Below, piece after piece: positions 32,272 through 40,000 of a stretch of 40,000 bases of DNA. The notes beneath the pieces were generated by a model. That model saw only the letters and a program-made list of their open reading frames with translations. It searched no databases and was not told the origin of the DNA. Made by a program: the position numbers and the translations under genes. This stretch comes from Eubacteriales bacterium (GTDB lineage: Bacteria; Bacillota; Clostridia; Oscillospirales; CAG-382). The stretch lies in assembly GCA_045534025.1 (NCBI GenBank), contig JAZSIW010000009.1, positions 1 through 40,000 of the forward strand. Reading direction: 5' to 3'. Each line of letters starts with the position of its first letter. Position 1 is the stretch's first letter.

Positions 32272-32314
32272 CTAAACCTAAATGAGTTTAAGTTTTTTGC
32301 TTAACTCGTTTTGT

Positions 32315-33109
32315 CTAATGTTTGTCTAATTGACTTATAAGTCCTTGCAACGGGAAATTCATCCAAAGCTTTTCTGTTCTGTGTAATCCCATTTGCGCCG
32401 TTGTATCAATTAAATCCGTGTACCACCCATCAAGCATAGAGTTATATAATTCGCTGTCGTATCCGCTAATAACGACTTTTGCGTTGCTGTTAAGCAAGGC
32501 GCCCAAAAGGTCCCTATGCTTTTCTTCGGACATTTCGCAAGCATACATATTTCTTTTCCGCAAACTTGGCAGATACGGGGGGTCACAATATATAAGCGTA
32601 TCCGAGCTGTTGTATCGCCTAATAAGCTCAATGGCATCTATTCTTTCTATTTGGGCATCTTTAAGCCGCATACAGCAACTTTGTATAATCTGCGGCAAAT
32701 CATTCCACATAGTTGCACATCGAGGACCGCCATAGGTTTGTACATTGCGCCAGCTCCTTTTACTGCTGTTGCTTGTTCCAAAAGATTGATGATACCGCAC
32801 CAATGTCCTCCGAGCCTGCTCAACCGGGTCTACAGAACGGTGGTAGCACTCTTCAAATTCTTGCCGGCTGAACGGAGTAAGGCTTATTGCTCTTGCAAGT
32901 GCATCGGGCTGTTCTCTGCACACTTGAAACAAATTCACAATGTCGCCGTCAATATCGTTTATCGTTTCTATATAGGTTGGGGTCTTTTGAAAAAACACGC
33001 CGCCCGACCCAAAGAAAGGCTCTAAATAAACCTTGTGTTCGGGGAAATGCGATATTATCCATTGTGCTATGCGCCACTTTGCGCCGGGATACTTAAGAAT
33101 TGCTTTCAT
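32315..33109 (-). CDS. dam: Dam-family (D12 class) N6-adenine DNA methyltransferase
   Basis: Start set to ATG 33109 (RBS AAGGAG). LKYPGAKWRIAQWI, motif I EPFFGSGGVFF, motif IV LIYCDPPYL. Confidence 0.85.
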   Translation of the reverse strand: MKAILKYPGAKWRIAQWIISHFPEHKVYLEPFFGSGGVFFQKTPTYIETINDIDGDIVNLFQVCREQPDALARAISLTPFSRQEFEECYHRSVDPVEQARRTLVRYHQSFGTSNSSKRSWRNVQTYGGPRCATMWNDLPQIIQSCCMRLKDAQIERIDAIELIRRYNSSDTLIYCDPPYLPSLRKRNMYACEMSEEKHRDLLGALLNSNAKVVISGYDSELYNSMLDGWYTDLIDTTAQMGLHRTEKLWMNFPLQGLISQLDKH

Positions 33110-33419
33110 TTTGCATCTCCTTATGCTGTAGTTCGCCGTAACTGCAATAATCATTTGGGTCAAGTCCGTCAGTCATAAAATAAGAACACACAATATCATC
33201 TCCCGAATAGTCGGTAATATCCAATGGGTCTTTTTCCATATTTGCCACATTAAATTTACAATCTTTACACCTTACCACTTCCACAACATCTGCGGTGGGT
33301 ATCTTTGAAAGGTTGGGAGAATACTCTTCTCCGTGGTCGCAATAAGTATTACAACCGCTGTTACTATGATGTCGGCAAGTCTCACATTTGCCTAAATATT
33401 TTGTGTCAATATAGGGCAT
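33093..33419 (-). CDS. Small Cys-rich protein (paralogue B)
   Basis: 108 aa. CETCRHH..GCNTYCDHG, VVRCKDCKF, NDYCSYGE. Confidence 0.55.
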   Translation of the reverse strand: MPYIDTKYLGKCETCRHHSNSGCNTYCDHGEEYSPNLSKIPTADVVEVVRCKDCKFNVANMEKDPLDITDYSGDDIVCSYFMTDGLDPNDYCSYGELQHKEMQNESNS

Positions 33420-33692
33420 TCAATCACCTCTTTCTTTTGGTGTGCCGTAACTACAAAAATCATTTGGTTGCCAAATAGGCGGTGCATAATTATCAAAAGA
33501 ATGTTTATCATCTGACGGAAGACAGCATTTGAGCATAGCCAACGAATAATGCTCGCAATCTTTACATCTCACAACCTTCTCAACATCAACGGCGGGAAAA
33601 TGTGTTTCACTTTCTATCCTACGAACAATAAAATCAGAAACGCCCATATTTTCAAGCCACGCACATAAGGGTTCTTTCTCAATATAAGCCAT
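33420..33692 (-). CDS. Small Cys-rich protein (paralogue A)
   Basis: Start set to ATG 33692 (TGATG overlap with the upstream stop). 90 aa. VVRCKDCEH and NDFCSYG are shared with the downstream paralogue. Confidence 0.55.
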   Translation of the reverse strand: MAYIEKEPLCAWLENMGVSDFIVRRIESETHFPAVDVEKVVRCKDCEHYSLAMLKCCLPSDDKHSFDNYAPPIWQPNDFCSYGTPKERGD

Positions 33693-34258
33693 CACCCCAC
33701 ACCGCCTTTCTCGGTTGGGTGGGCGGGTTCCCAAGCAATAGGCATAAATATGTTTGCCATAGCCATATTTTCTTTAACAAAAACTGTAACAAGGTTAAGT
33801 CTAAAAAATCCGTAAGACTTCCAATTACATTCGCATTCAAACGGAGATTTTGCTTCTGCTCCACATTTCGGGCATCTAAATCCTTTTCCATTCAAACTTT
33901 TATGATAATCTTCCATAGTTTCAAAAACAAAAACTTTTCCGTCTTTGATTTCGGGTTGGTTGCTATCTTGATAATAGTTAAGATACCAATAATCTCTATC
34001 AGTTTCCCAACCTTTCAATATTTCCGTGTAAGGTATGCCTGTTTTTTCTGCATAATGTTTTGCTCTATCTACCGTCCACTTGAATTTATCGCAATACTCG
34101 CACCTGTGTTCGCATAGGTTTCCACTATCGGCATAGTTTCTCATTTTTGCTATGCAATCCTCGGTGAAGTGTTTACACCACCTACCAATAAAATCGCTGT
34201 GTTTTCTTTGCCCATCTACCGTCGCTTCAATGAGGCTTTCAAGTCCTTTATCTTTCAT
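33692..34258 (-). CDS. Hypothetical Cys-rich protein
   Basis: 188 aa. CEHRCEYCDKF and CPKCG...CECNW motifs. No family recognised. Confidence 0.5.
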   Translation of the reverse strand: MKDKGLESLIEATVDGQRKHSDFIGRWCKHFTEDCIAKMRNYADSGNLCEHRCEYCDKFKWTVDRAKHYAEKTGIPYTEILKGWETDRDYWYLNYYQDSNQPEIKDGKVFVFETMEDYHKSLNGKGFRCPKCGAEAKSPFECECNWKSYGFFRLNLVTVFVKENMAMANIFMPIAWEPAHPTEKGGVG

Positions 34259-34260
34259 TT

Positions 34261-34593
34261 TTACAACAATCCCTTTTCGTATATTTGTTTCTCAGCTATC
34301 TTTTTCTCAGCTCTTAACCTCTGTACTTTCCGGCGCCAATTACGGTTGGATTTTTTGAGCCTTGCAATTTCAGCTTGTAATTCTGCTGAATATGCTTGTT
34401 GTTCAAAAAGTGCGTGTTTTTGTTCATCCAACCTTTTTGGGAATTTGTCACTCTCTGCCTGTTGGCGTTTGATTAGGCCAAGGGCGTTTTCCATAGCAAC
34501 GGTTTCTGAACAAGCCATTTTTCTTAGAGGACAATTAGAGCACTTGTTGTTAATACAACACTCCAACGCCTTTATAATCTCGTTATCTGTCAT
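34261..34593 (-). CDS. Hypothetical protein with N-terminal Cys cluster and C-terminal coiled coil
   Basis: Start set to ATG 34593 (ATGA overlap, RBS GGAGGAG). ALECCINNKCSNCPLRKMAC, then a heptad-like Glu/Lys/Arg-rich tail. Confidence 0.55.
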   Translation of the reverse strand: MTDNEIIKALECCINNKCSNCPLRKMACSETVAMENALGLIKRQQAESDKFPKRLDEQKHALFEQQAYSAELQAEIARLKKSNRNWRRKVQRLRAEKKIAEKQIYEKGLL

Positions 34594-35141
34594 ACTATCT
34601 CCTCCACATAACACCAACTCTGAGGCGGCCTTTTAAGCGCCTTACAGCTTTGCTGTCTCTCGTCAACACATTTGGAGCAATCTGTCCCTTCCGGCTTTTT
34701 GCAGGCAGAAAAGAACGTGTTCAACTCTTTTGGCTTGTCATAGATTACAAGGTCGGATATGTGCCACCCAAAAACCTCTTTGCCGTTTGAATATTTCAGA
34801 ATGTCCTCTCGTGAAACGCAAGACAGTTGTTCAGCAATATCGGCGTTTGCCATTTCACAATGGCTTAAAATATAATCGCATATAAACTCGCCTATGACTT
34901 TGCCGTTCATTATATGTTGAAAGCCTGTTTTGTCCGCTTTCCACCATATTCTTGACGGAACACGGTCGGTATTATCCTTTGGGCAATAGATGAAAACCTT
35001 AAATGGTGGTTTGATATTAGGTTTTGACTTTCGCAATTCTAAACACTTTTTGTAGAGAGGTCTGCCATTGTCCCACCCTAAAAACTCAAAAATAAGCTTA
35101 CTCCATTTAGGCTGTGTGCTTATTAGAACAGCTTTGCTCAT
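34590..35141 (-). CDS. ASCH (PUA-like) domain protein with C-terminal Cys cluster
   Basis: 183 aa. AVLISTQPKWSKLIFE...LELRKSKPN.KPPFKVFIYC...VIGEFICDYIL...GWHISDLVIYDKPKEL follows the ASCH pattern. The C-terminus reads CKKPEGTDCSKCVDERQQSC. Confidence 0.65.
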   Translation of the reverse strand: MSKAVLISTQPKWSKLIFEFLGWDNGRPLYKKCLELRKSKPNIKPPFKVFIYCPKDNTDRVPSRIWWKADKTGFQHIMNGKVIGEFICDYILSHCEMANADIAEQLSCVSREDILKYSNGKEVFGWHISDLVIYDKPKELNTFFSACKKPEGTDCSKCVDERQQSCKALKRPPQSWCYVEEIV

Positions 35142-35305
35142 TTTGCCGCGCCTCCTTTCAAGCTCACGGTTTCTGGTATAACCTCAACCCAATATGCGCC
35201 TACTCGTAAGAAAGTGCCGCTGTATGTAGCTTGATAGATGCTTTTGCTTTCTATCCACTCTCCGGTGTCTTTGCGCTTTGCTTTAAATTCGATTTTCCTT
35301 TCCAT
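35138..35305 (-). CDS. Possible 55-aa protein
   Basis: ATG at 35305, and the stop forms an ATGA overlap with the ASCH gene start. Reads MERKIEFKAKRKDTGEWIESKSIYQATYSGTFLRVGAYWVEVIPETVSLKGGAAK*. Faintly YopX-like, which I could not confirm. Confidence 0.4.
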   Translation of the reverse strand: MERKIEFKAKRKDTGEWIESKSIYQATYSGTFLRVGAYWVEVIPETVSLKGGAAK

Positions 35306-35316
35306 AAGTACCCTCT

Positions 35317-35595
35317 TTAAAAAATAAGCTTCCTGCTTTTATCAAGCCCGTGTCTTTTGTAAAGTTCGTCCATATCAACGCCGATGCTGAGGAGCGCCCT
35401 TTGGCAGATAAACGCATCGTCGTCCTCGTTTGCCAAACACTTCTCTCTTATCTCCTCTCTCTGCTTCATAAATGCCGCAAAGTCCTCTTCCAAGCGCTTT
35501 TTGCCGTGTCCTCTTAATGTGTGTAGCATCCAAAGCACGGCTGCGTCGTAGCCTTTTGCGTATTTGATGTCTTCCTCAACTATCGCCCTTCGCAC
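35317..35595 (-). CDS. Hypothetical protein
   Basis: 92-aa ORF that overlaps the upstream gene end by 16 nt. Confidence 0.5.
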   Translation of the reverse strand: MRRAIVEEDIKYAKGYDAAVLWMLHTLRGHGKKRLEEDFAAFMKQREEIREKCLANEDDDAFICQRALLSIGVDMDELYKRHGLDKSRKLIF

Positions 35596-36092
35596 TTCGT
35601 CCTTAATGATGTCGTGCTGTTTGCGAGTGATTTTGTTTGTCCTTGCTTTCGTTGTGATGCACCCTCCATAAGTTCTGCAAAGGCGGTTTTCTTTTGCTCT
35701 GCCACCGTTTTTTCGTCCTTGAGCCGTTTCCTTAGCTCCCTCGTATAATCGGCAGCGGTTTGGTAGCTTACGCCTCTATGCTGCGCCGCTTCCCTAACGG
35801 TCATGCCCGTGAGTATATCTATCTCTAACAGAGCCTTGAGCCTTGCCACTTGTTTGCTTTTGCCCTTGTTTTCGCGCTTTTGAGCTGAGCTTTTCCGGGC
35901 ACCGTAAAGGTCACCTAACACTCGTATAATGTCTGTTTTAGTAACAGAGTAACGCTGTGATAGTGTGCTAACTTGTTTTTCCGGGTCTTTCGCCTGCCGG
36001 TAGCTTGTACGACAAAACTCTATATCTATCTTCTTGCAATTACACTTTTCGCCGGGGTCTAAGTGAGCCCCGCATAATTCGCATATATACAC
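35580..36092 (-). CDS. Putative DNA-binding regulator (N-terminal CxxC..CxC knuckle plus HTH)
   Basis: 170 aa. GTG start with RBS GGAGAG. CELCGAHLDPGEKCNC, and HTH-like MTVREAAQHRGVSYQTAADYTRELRKRL. Confidence 0.55.
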   Translation of the reverse strand: MYICELCGAHLDPGEKCNCKKIDIEFCRTSYRQAKDPEKQVSTLSQRYSVTKTDIIRVLGDLYGARKSSAQKRENKGKSKQVARLKALLEIDILTGMTVREAAQHRGVSYQTAADYTRELRKRLKDEKTVAEQKKTAFAELMEGASQRKQGQTKSLANSTTSLRTKCEGR

Positions 36093-36116
36093 TTTTATCT
36101 CTCCTATCTGTGGCCT

Positions 36117-36192
36117 TTTTCCACAAAATTATCAACTTTATCCACGGAACGGCATCTGTAAGAGTCGCCCCGTGGATAAAGTTCGATGCCGT
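36117..36192. promoter_or_regulatory. Perfect 14-bp inverted repeat carrying DnaA-box-like motifs, plus a third box and an interleaved 8-bp inverted repeat
   Basis: AACTTTATCCACGG (36134-36147) and CCGTGGATAAAGTT (36170-36183). TTTTCCACA at 36117-36125. ACGGCATC (36149-36156) and GATGCCGT (36185-36192). Confidence 0.6.
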
Positions 36193-36194
36193 AT

Positions 36195-38015
36195 TTAATT
36201 TAAAAGCAACATAGCGTTGTTCGTGACGGGAGCGAGGTAATAATTCGCCTTAGCCATAATGTCGTTGTACGCTTGTTCTCCTTGAAAACCGTCTATGACG
36301 TTTTTTTCCTCCTCGGTCATATCGGTGTAACGCTTCCTGCCGTAGCACGGAGGCAGCCACGCTTTATTTTGGGCAGCGTAGATATTAAATCTCTCTATCA
36401 ATTCGGGGCAGGTAAATACAAGGTGTACCGTACCCTTTTTGTAAAACGTTGCTTTGAAATACTTGAGGGGTACGTTTTTGGTTTCTCCATGTTTAAAGTG
36501 CCATTCTAACGTCTGCTCAAGGCTTACGTCTAAGGTCATATTGCCGTCGAGGAAATTGAGTATGCGCTCTATATCTTCTAAAACTTTTCGAGCTTCATAG
36601 GTGCGAGGTTTACCATCCCAACTATCGAACACTCCATAGCAAGGGATGATAACCTTCTTGCCTATTTTGTGGGCTTTGTTTGTAGCCCATCCGTCGTAAT
36701 AATGCCTGTTCTTTTGTGTTTCCGGGTACCACGAATGTTCCTCCGTCAAGCGGTCAAACATCGCTATTATCTCCTCCTCAATTCCGGTCTTGATTTGGGA
36801 GTTCATTTCGGCAAGCAAGGTGTATATGTTGTACTCCGTGTAATCATAAGCAGCTAACTTGCTTACTTTTACGTAGTATTCCTGTTGGAGCTTGCTTGTA
36901 AGCTTGCTTACAAATTTAGGGTTTTTGACTAACGCTATCCAATACTTTAGCCTTACGGCTTTCAAATATTCGTTTACAGAAACGGTGTTGTAGCAACGGT
37001 CGTATGTGTCTTTGAGTTTCAATATAGGCTCCGTGTCTACATATTCTCTGCTTATGGTGCCGTCTGCGTTCTTAACCTCTTTTGTTTCAAAAGAACGTAT
37101 CATATACGGCATCATAGCTCTGTATTGTCTTATAAGCTCTATGCCGGCTTTGACTTCTACTCGGAATAGATTTACGGAAGATTTGATAACGTCGGTTACG
37201 TCTAAGTCTCTGCTTTCAAAATCAAAATCCTCTACCGCCTCAGCTTCCTTCATTCGGTTGTATATTTCGCTTTCTTCCTGTACTGCCGGTATGTCAACCT
37301 TAATTATGGCTACCTCGACGTTTGTTTTTCGCTCTGCCTCCATAAATGCGCCTTCTTCAAATTCGATGGAAGCGCCGTATGTGTTAAGCAAACGTATAAG
37401 CTCTTTTCGGGTTTCTGTGTAAGGGTTGCGGATTGTTTCGGCGTTGACTAAGAACACGATCTTCCCGCCATCCCTTTGTATTTCCAAAGCTTTCAAAAGG
37501 TGTCTATCCGCAACGCTAAAGGGAGGGTTTCCGATGATAAGGTCGTATTGCTTAAACGGCTCAAAGGTAAGAAAATCATCGTGTACGACGTGTATGCCGC
37601 CGTGTATAAAGGTTTTCAGCTCCTCCTCAAGTAGTGCGTGTTCGGCCTTATCCTCTGCAGAGGCCCATACGTATTTATGGGCGTCGGAGCTGTAGTTGCG
37701 TCGGTTTTCAAGTTCTCCTTGCCTTCTGTGAATTTCGCTTTTTCTTTCTTCCGAAAAGTTGTATTTAAGTATCTGCCTTAAATTCGGGTCTATCTCTACG
37801 CAATCAACGTCGTATCTATCGTCGCAGTATCTTGAATATTCATTGGCCGCTTTTTTTGCAAACCCTCGTATGATATCACCTTTCCCGGCGGAAGGCTCAA
37901 GCACGGTGTTAATCTTTCTCAAGTCTACTTCTTCTAACATTTTTTGCACCAAACGTGGAGGCGTAGGGTAAAACTCGCTGCTTTCAGCGTTCTCTACAAG
38001 CTGTACTGCGTTCAT
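36195..38015 (-). CDS. Gamma-class N6-adenine DNA methyltransferase with a large C-terminal extension (DUF4942-like)
   Basis: Start set to ATG 38015 (ATGA overlap, RBS GGAGGAGG). EFYPTPPRLV, motif I LEPSAGKGDI, motif IV LIIGNPPF. About 400 further residues of unassigned function follow. Confidence 0.8.
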   Translation of the reverse strand: MNAVQLVENAESSEFYPTPPRLVQKMLEEVDLRKINTVLEPSAGKGDIIRGFAKKAANEYSRYCDDRYDVDCVEIDPNLRQILKYNFSEERKSEIHRRQGELENRRNYSSDAHKYVWASAEDKAEHALLEEELKTFIHGGIHVVHDDFLTFEPFKQYDLIIGNPPFSVADRHLLKALEIQRDGGKIVFLVNAETIRNPYTETRKELIRLLNTYGASIEFEEGAFMEAERKTNVEVAIIKVDIPAVQEESEIYNRMKEAEAVEDFDFESRDLDVTDVIKSSVNLFRVEVKAGIELIRQYRAMMPYMIRSFETKEVKNADGTISREYVDTEPILKLKDTYDRCYNTVSVNEYLKAVRLKYWIALVKNPKFVSKLTSKLQQEYYVKVSKLAAYDYTEYNIYTLLAEMNSQIKTGIEEEIIAMFDRLTEEHSWYPETQKNRHYYDGWATNKAHKIGKKVIIPCYGVFDSWDGKPRTYEARKVLEDIERILNFLDGNMTLDVSLEQTLEWHFKHGETKNVPLKYFKATFYKKGTVHLVFTCPELIERFNIYAAQNKAWLPPCYGRKRYTDMTEEEKNVIDGFQGEQAYNDIMAKANYYLAPVTNNAMLLLN

Positions 38016-38338
38016 ATCGTCGCCTCCTCCGTGCATATCTTTATACCGATAATAACGTGTTCCGGCGTATGTGTCGTGCCTCTGTCGTACAGCGTAGCCG
38101 TGTCGCCGTCAAACTCCCAAAACGGAGTTTTGCTCCAATATAACCAAGAGCCCTTGCCGCAGTTGGCGGCGGACACTTTGCTTTGAGGCTGCCCCGGAAT
38201 AATACTGTAAAAGCCCTGCGTATTTGCTATGTTTACCTTTCGCCTCTGCCCTATGTATTCGGGCCTACAATGGGCCGTTACTTCAAATTCTGCGCCGGGG
38301 GTTAGCGCCTTCTTTAACTGAGATAAATTTTTAATCAT
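38012..38338 (-). CDS. Hypothetical protein
   Basis: Start set to ATG 38338 (RBS GAGAGG). 108 aa. The longer ORF would overlap the loader gene. Confidence 0.5.
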   Translation of the reverse strand: MIKNLSQLKKALTPGAEFEVTAHCRPEYIGQRRKVNIANTQGFYSIIPGQPQSKVSAANCGKGSWLYWSKTPFWEFDGDTATLYDRGTTHTPEHVIIGIKICTEEATI

Positions 38339-38390
38339 AGTAACCTCTCTTTTGTACGGATTTAGATTTGCCCTGCGGCTTTGGTTGCCG

Positions 38391-39347
38391 CTATTCTTGA
38401 GATATGCGATAATCGTTCCACGCCATTGTGACAACGGTTGATGTTTCACGCAGGCGGCTGATTATTGCAACGATTTTTGTGTTGTCGTAACCTTTTGGAG
38501 TTAAGGCCCTTATCAAATCCTCAGCCCCGTAATTTGTGGTAATAATGGTAGGTTTCATATCCTCGTACCTATCGTTGAGGATAGAGTAAAGGATTGACAT
38601 ACTCCAATCGGTGCATTGTTCTTTTCCGAGGTCGTCGATTATAAGCAAATCGGCGCTCTTGTAAGCTTCGAGTACGGCGCTCTCCTTGATGTACTCTTTG
38701 TCAAAAGTGTTTTTTATATCAAGCAGCATATCGCTCGATGTCTTGCATATTACAGTTCTGCCCTCTTGTATGAGGTGCAAGGCTATGGCTCCGGCGAGGT
38801 GTGTCTTCCCGGTGCCGTTGGTGCCTTCGATGTAAAGCCCGTCGCCGTTGGCGTATCTGTCGTTAAAGGTTTCAGCGTATCTTTTGGCTATTGCAAATGC
38901 GTGTTTGCGCCCCTTGGTGTCTGCTATAAAGTTTTCAAATGTACGTTGCCTAAAACGCTTCTTTATGCCGCTATTTCCGATAAGACGGTCTAACTTCCTT
39001 TGTTTGTTCAAACGCTCTAAGGCTATCCTATCGGCTTCCTTTGCCGCCTTTTCCTCAGCTTCTTTTTGCGCCCAATATTTAACGGACTCCGGGCATTTAC
39101 ATATATCGCTGCCCGGTACCCATACCATTACCTCTCCGCAGAATACAGCCCCCTTTCGTTGGTTTTCTTTTCCGCAGAATTGACATACCGTTGGCGGAGG
39201 AGGTGGGGATTTAAACCTCAAGCCCCTTCTAACGGCTTCATCGGGGGTAACGTAATAATCATCGTTGTTTAAAGCCTCCCGACGGTTTGAAGCCTCCGGC
39301 GCTGTTAGCTCCGATAGTGTTTGTGCTATTGATTGTAGTGCTTCCAT
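38391..39347 (-). CDS. DnaC/DnaI/IstB-like AAA+ helicase loader with N-terminal zinc-ribbon-like segment
   Basis: 318 aa. RBS AAAGGAGG. Walker A GTNGTGKTHLAGAI, Walker B LLIIDDLG. N-terminal CQFCGK...CKCPES. Confidence 0.8.
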   Translation of the reverse strand: MEALQSIAQTLSELTAPEASNRREALNNDDYYVTPDEAVRRGLRFKSPPPPPTVCQFCGKENQRKGAVFCGEVMVWVPGSDICKCPESVKYWAQKEAEEKAAKEADRIALERLNKQRKLDRLIGNSGIKKRFRQRTFENFIADTKGRKHAFAIAKRYAETFNDRYANGDGLYIEGTNGTGKTHLAGAIALHLIQEGRTVICKTSSDMLLDIKNTFDKEYIKESAVLEAYKSADLLIIDDLGKEQCTDWSMSILYSILNDRYEDMKPTIITTNYGAEDLIRALTPKGYDNTKIVAIISRLRETSTVVTMAWNDYRISQE

Positions 39348-40000
39348 AGCTGTTGCCTCCTTTCTTTTGTTGCTCCTCTTCTACTCTATCGGCTACCCAA
39401 TTTAATATTGCTCTATAATCGCTCTTGTAGGTGTAGCCCTTTGCACCCTTTGCATTGTCGAGCTTTTCTATCATCAACTTTGTCTTTTCTTCACCGTATC
39501 TTGCTATAAGTTTTCCGTATTCCTCCTCGGTCATAGAAACTAAGTCGGCGTACTTAACCTTGACCGGCTCCGGTTTCTTCGCCCTCGGTTTACGTGGTGG
39601 CTTTGCAGGAGCTTCGGGGGCGGGAGGTTTTGGAGCGCCCTCGGACGGCTGCTCACTTTCGGCGGAGAACGGTTTTATAGGTCGCTTCGTCGTTCTCTTA
39701 GAGTAAACACCTTCAAGGTTATCTACTAAAGCTTGACACCATATTATCCTTTTCTCCGTCCACAACGGTTTGTCGATGTTTCCGAGTTCTGAAAGCGTGT
39801 CAAGGATTGCCGTGGCCGTTTCCTCCGCAACCTTTGTATAGGCCAATAAGTATTGTTTGTTGGCTGTGGTCGATAAATCATAGTAATGCCCATCGCTGAG
39901 GCATAAGAGCTCAAGCAATTTAAACCAAAAGGCGTAACCGTCGTTGCTCCAAGACTCTTGCAATATGAATAGAGTCCTGCGGCTACCTCCTACGTAATGG
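39259..40000 (-). CDS. Phage replisome organizer / DnaD-like replication protein (5' end probably beyond the window)
   Basis: The frame is open to the window edge. The only in-window start is a TTG at 39963 with no well-spaced RBS. GYAFWFKLLELL...GHYYDL resembles DUF4373/replisome-organizer N-domains. C-terminal LVSMTEEEYGKLIARYGEEKTKLMIEKLDNAKGAKGYTYKSDYRAILNWV resembles DnaD-type C-domains. Confidence 0.6.
   Translation of the reverse strand, partial: HYVGGSRRTLFILQESWSNDGYAFWFKLLELLCLSDGHYYDLSTTANKQYLLAYTKVAEETATAILDTLSELGNIDKPLWTEKRIIWCQALVDNLEGVYSKRTTKRPIKPFSAESEQPSEGAPKPPAPEAPAKPPRKPRAKKPEPVKVKYADLVSMTEEEYGKLIARYGEEKTKLMIEKLDNAKGAKGYTYKSDYRAILNWVADRVEEEQQKKGGNSYGSTTINSTNTIGANSAGGFKPSGGFKQR

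Larger units (their letters stand above)
1..40000 (-). mobile_element. Segment of a contractile-tailed (PBSX/Xkd-like, myovirus-type) phage or prophage; replication, accessory, packaging, head, tail, baseplate, fibre and lysis modules
   Basis: Uninterrupted minus-strand gene array with GGAGG-type RBSs and many ATGA stop/start overlaps. Canonical order terminase-portal-capsid-sheath-tube-tape measure-baseplate-lysis. No integrase, att site or host gene seen in the window. Confidence 0.9.

Noticed and set aside
36134-36183. The 14-bp inverted repeat acting as an intrinsic terminator for the methyltransferase gene
   Set aside because: The stem base is AU-rich, the loop is 22 nt, and the following sequence (GAUAAUUUUG) is not an immediate U tract. 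A DNA-level binding site (DnaA boxes or an operator) fits better, although an RNA structure is not excluded.
1-40000. Search for tRNA, rRNA, CRISPR arrays, integrase or att sites, and toxin-antitoxin pairs
   Set aside because: I saw no spaced direct-repeat arrays, no cloverleaf-like or rRNA-like segments in the few intergenic gaps, and no tyrosine or serine recombinase motifs. The gaps are short and are explained by RBSs, hairpins and the promoter.

Overview
The window is a continuous ~40 kb stretch of a contractile-tailed (PBSX/Xkd-like) phage or prophage. GGAGG-type ribosome binding sites and PBSX-type tail genes point to a Gram-positive, Firmicutes/Clostridia-like host. All ~60 supportable genes lie on the minus strand, so transcription runs from 40000 towards 1. 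In that direction the order is as follows. (1) Replication: a DnaD-like organizer cut by the window edge and a DnaC/DnaI-like loader. (2) An early/accessory block: a gamma-class N6-adenine methyltransferase, a Zn/HTH regulator, an ASCH protein, small Cys-rich proteins, a Dam-like methyltransferase, a short radical SAM enzyme, SSB and RecU. (3) A putative ArpU/RinA-like late regulator. (4) A strong sigma-A-type promoter followed by a leader terminator. (5) A seven-gene cassette. (6) terS, terL, portal, head morphogenesis protein, XkdF-type protease-scaffold, capsid and connectors. (7) Sheath, tube, a chaperone with a -1 frameshift, and tape measure. (8) LysM protein, hub and baseplate. (9) Fibre proteins, holin-like gene and an endolysin-like gene that looks broken. 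The most interesting element is the cassette at 22601-28131. It encodes a HAD-phosphatase/kinase fusion, a cytidylyltransferase, two paralogous GT-A-like transferases, two paralogous ParB/Srx-like proteins lacking a methylase domain, and a large SplB-like radical SAM enzyme. These genes are translationally coupled to each other and to the terminase genes. I interpret it as a candidate new nucleotide-activated-donor modification pathway, most plausibly DNA hypermodification before packaging. This is inference from motifs only. All family assignments rest on motifs recognised by eye, since no database search could be run. No tRNA, rRNA, CRISPR array, integrase or att site was recognised.
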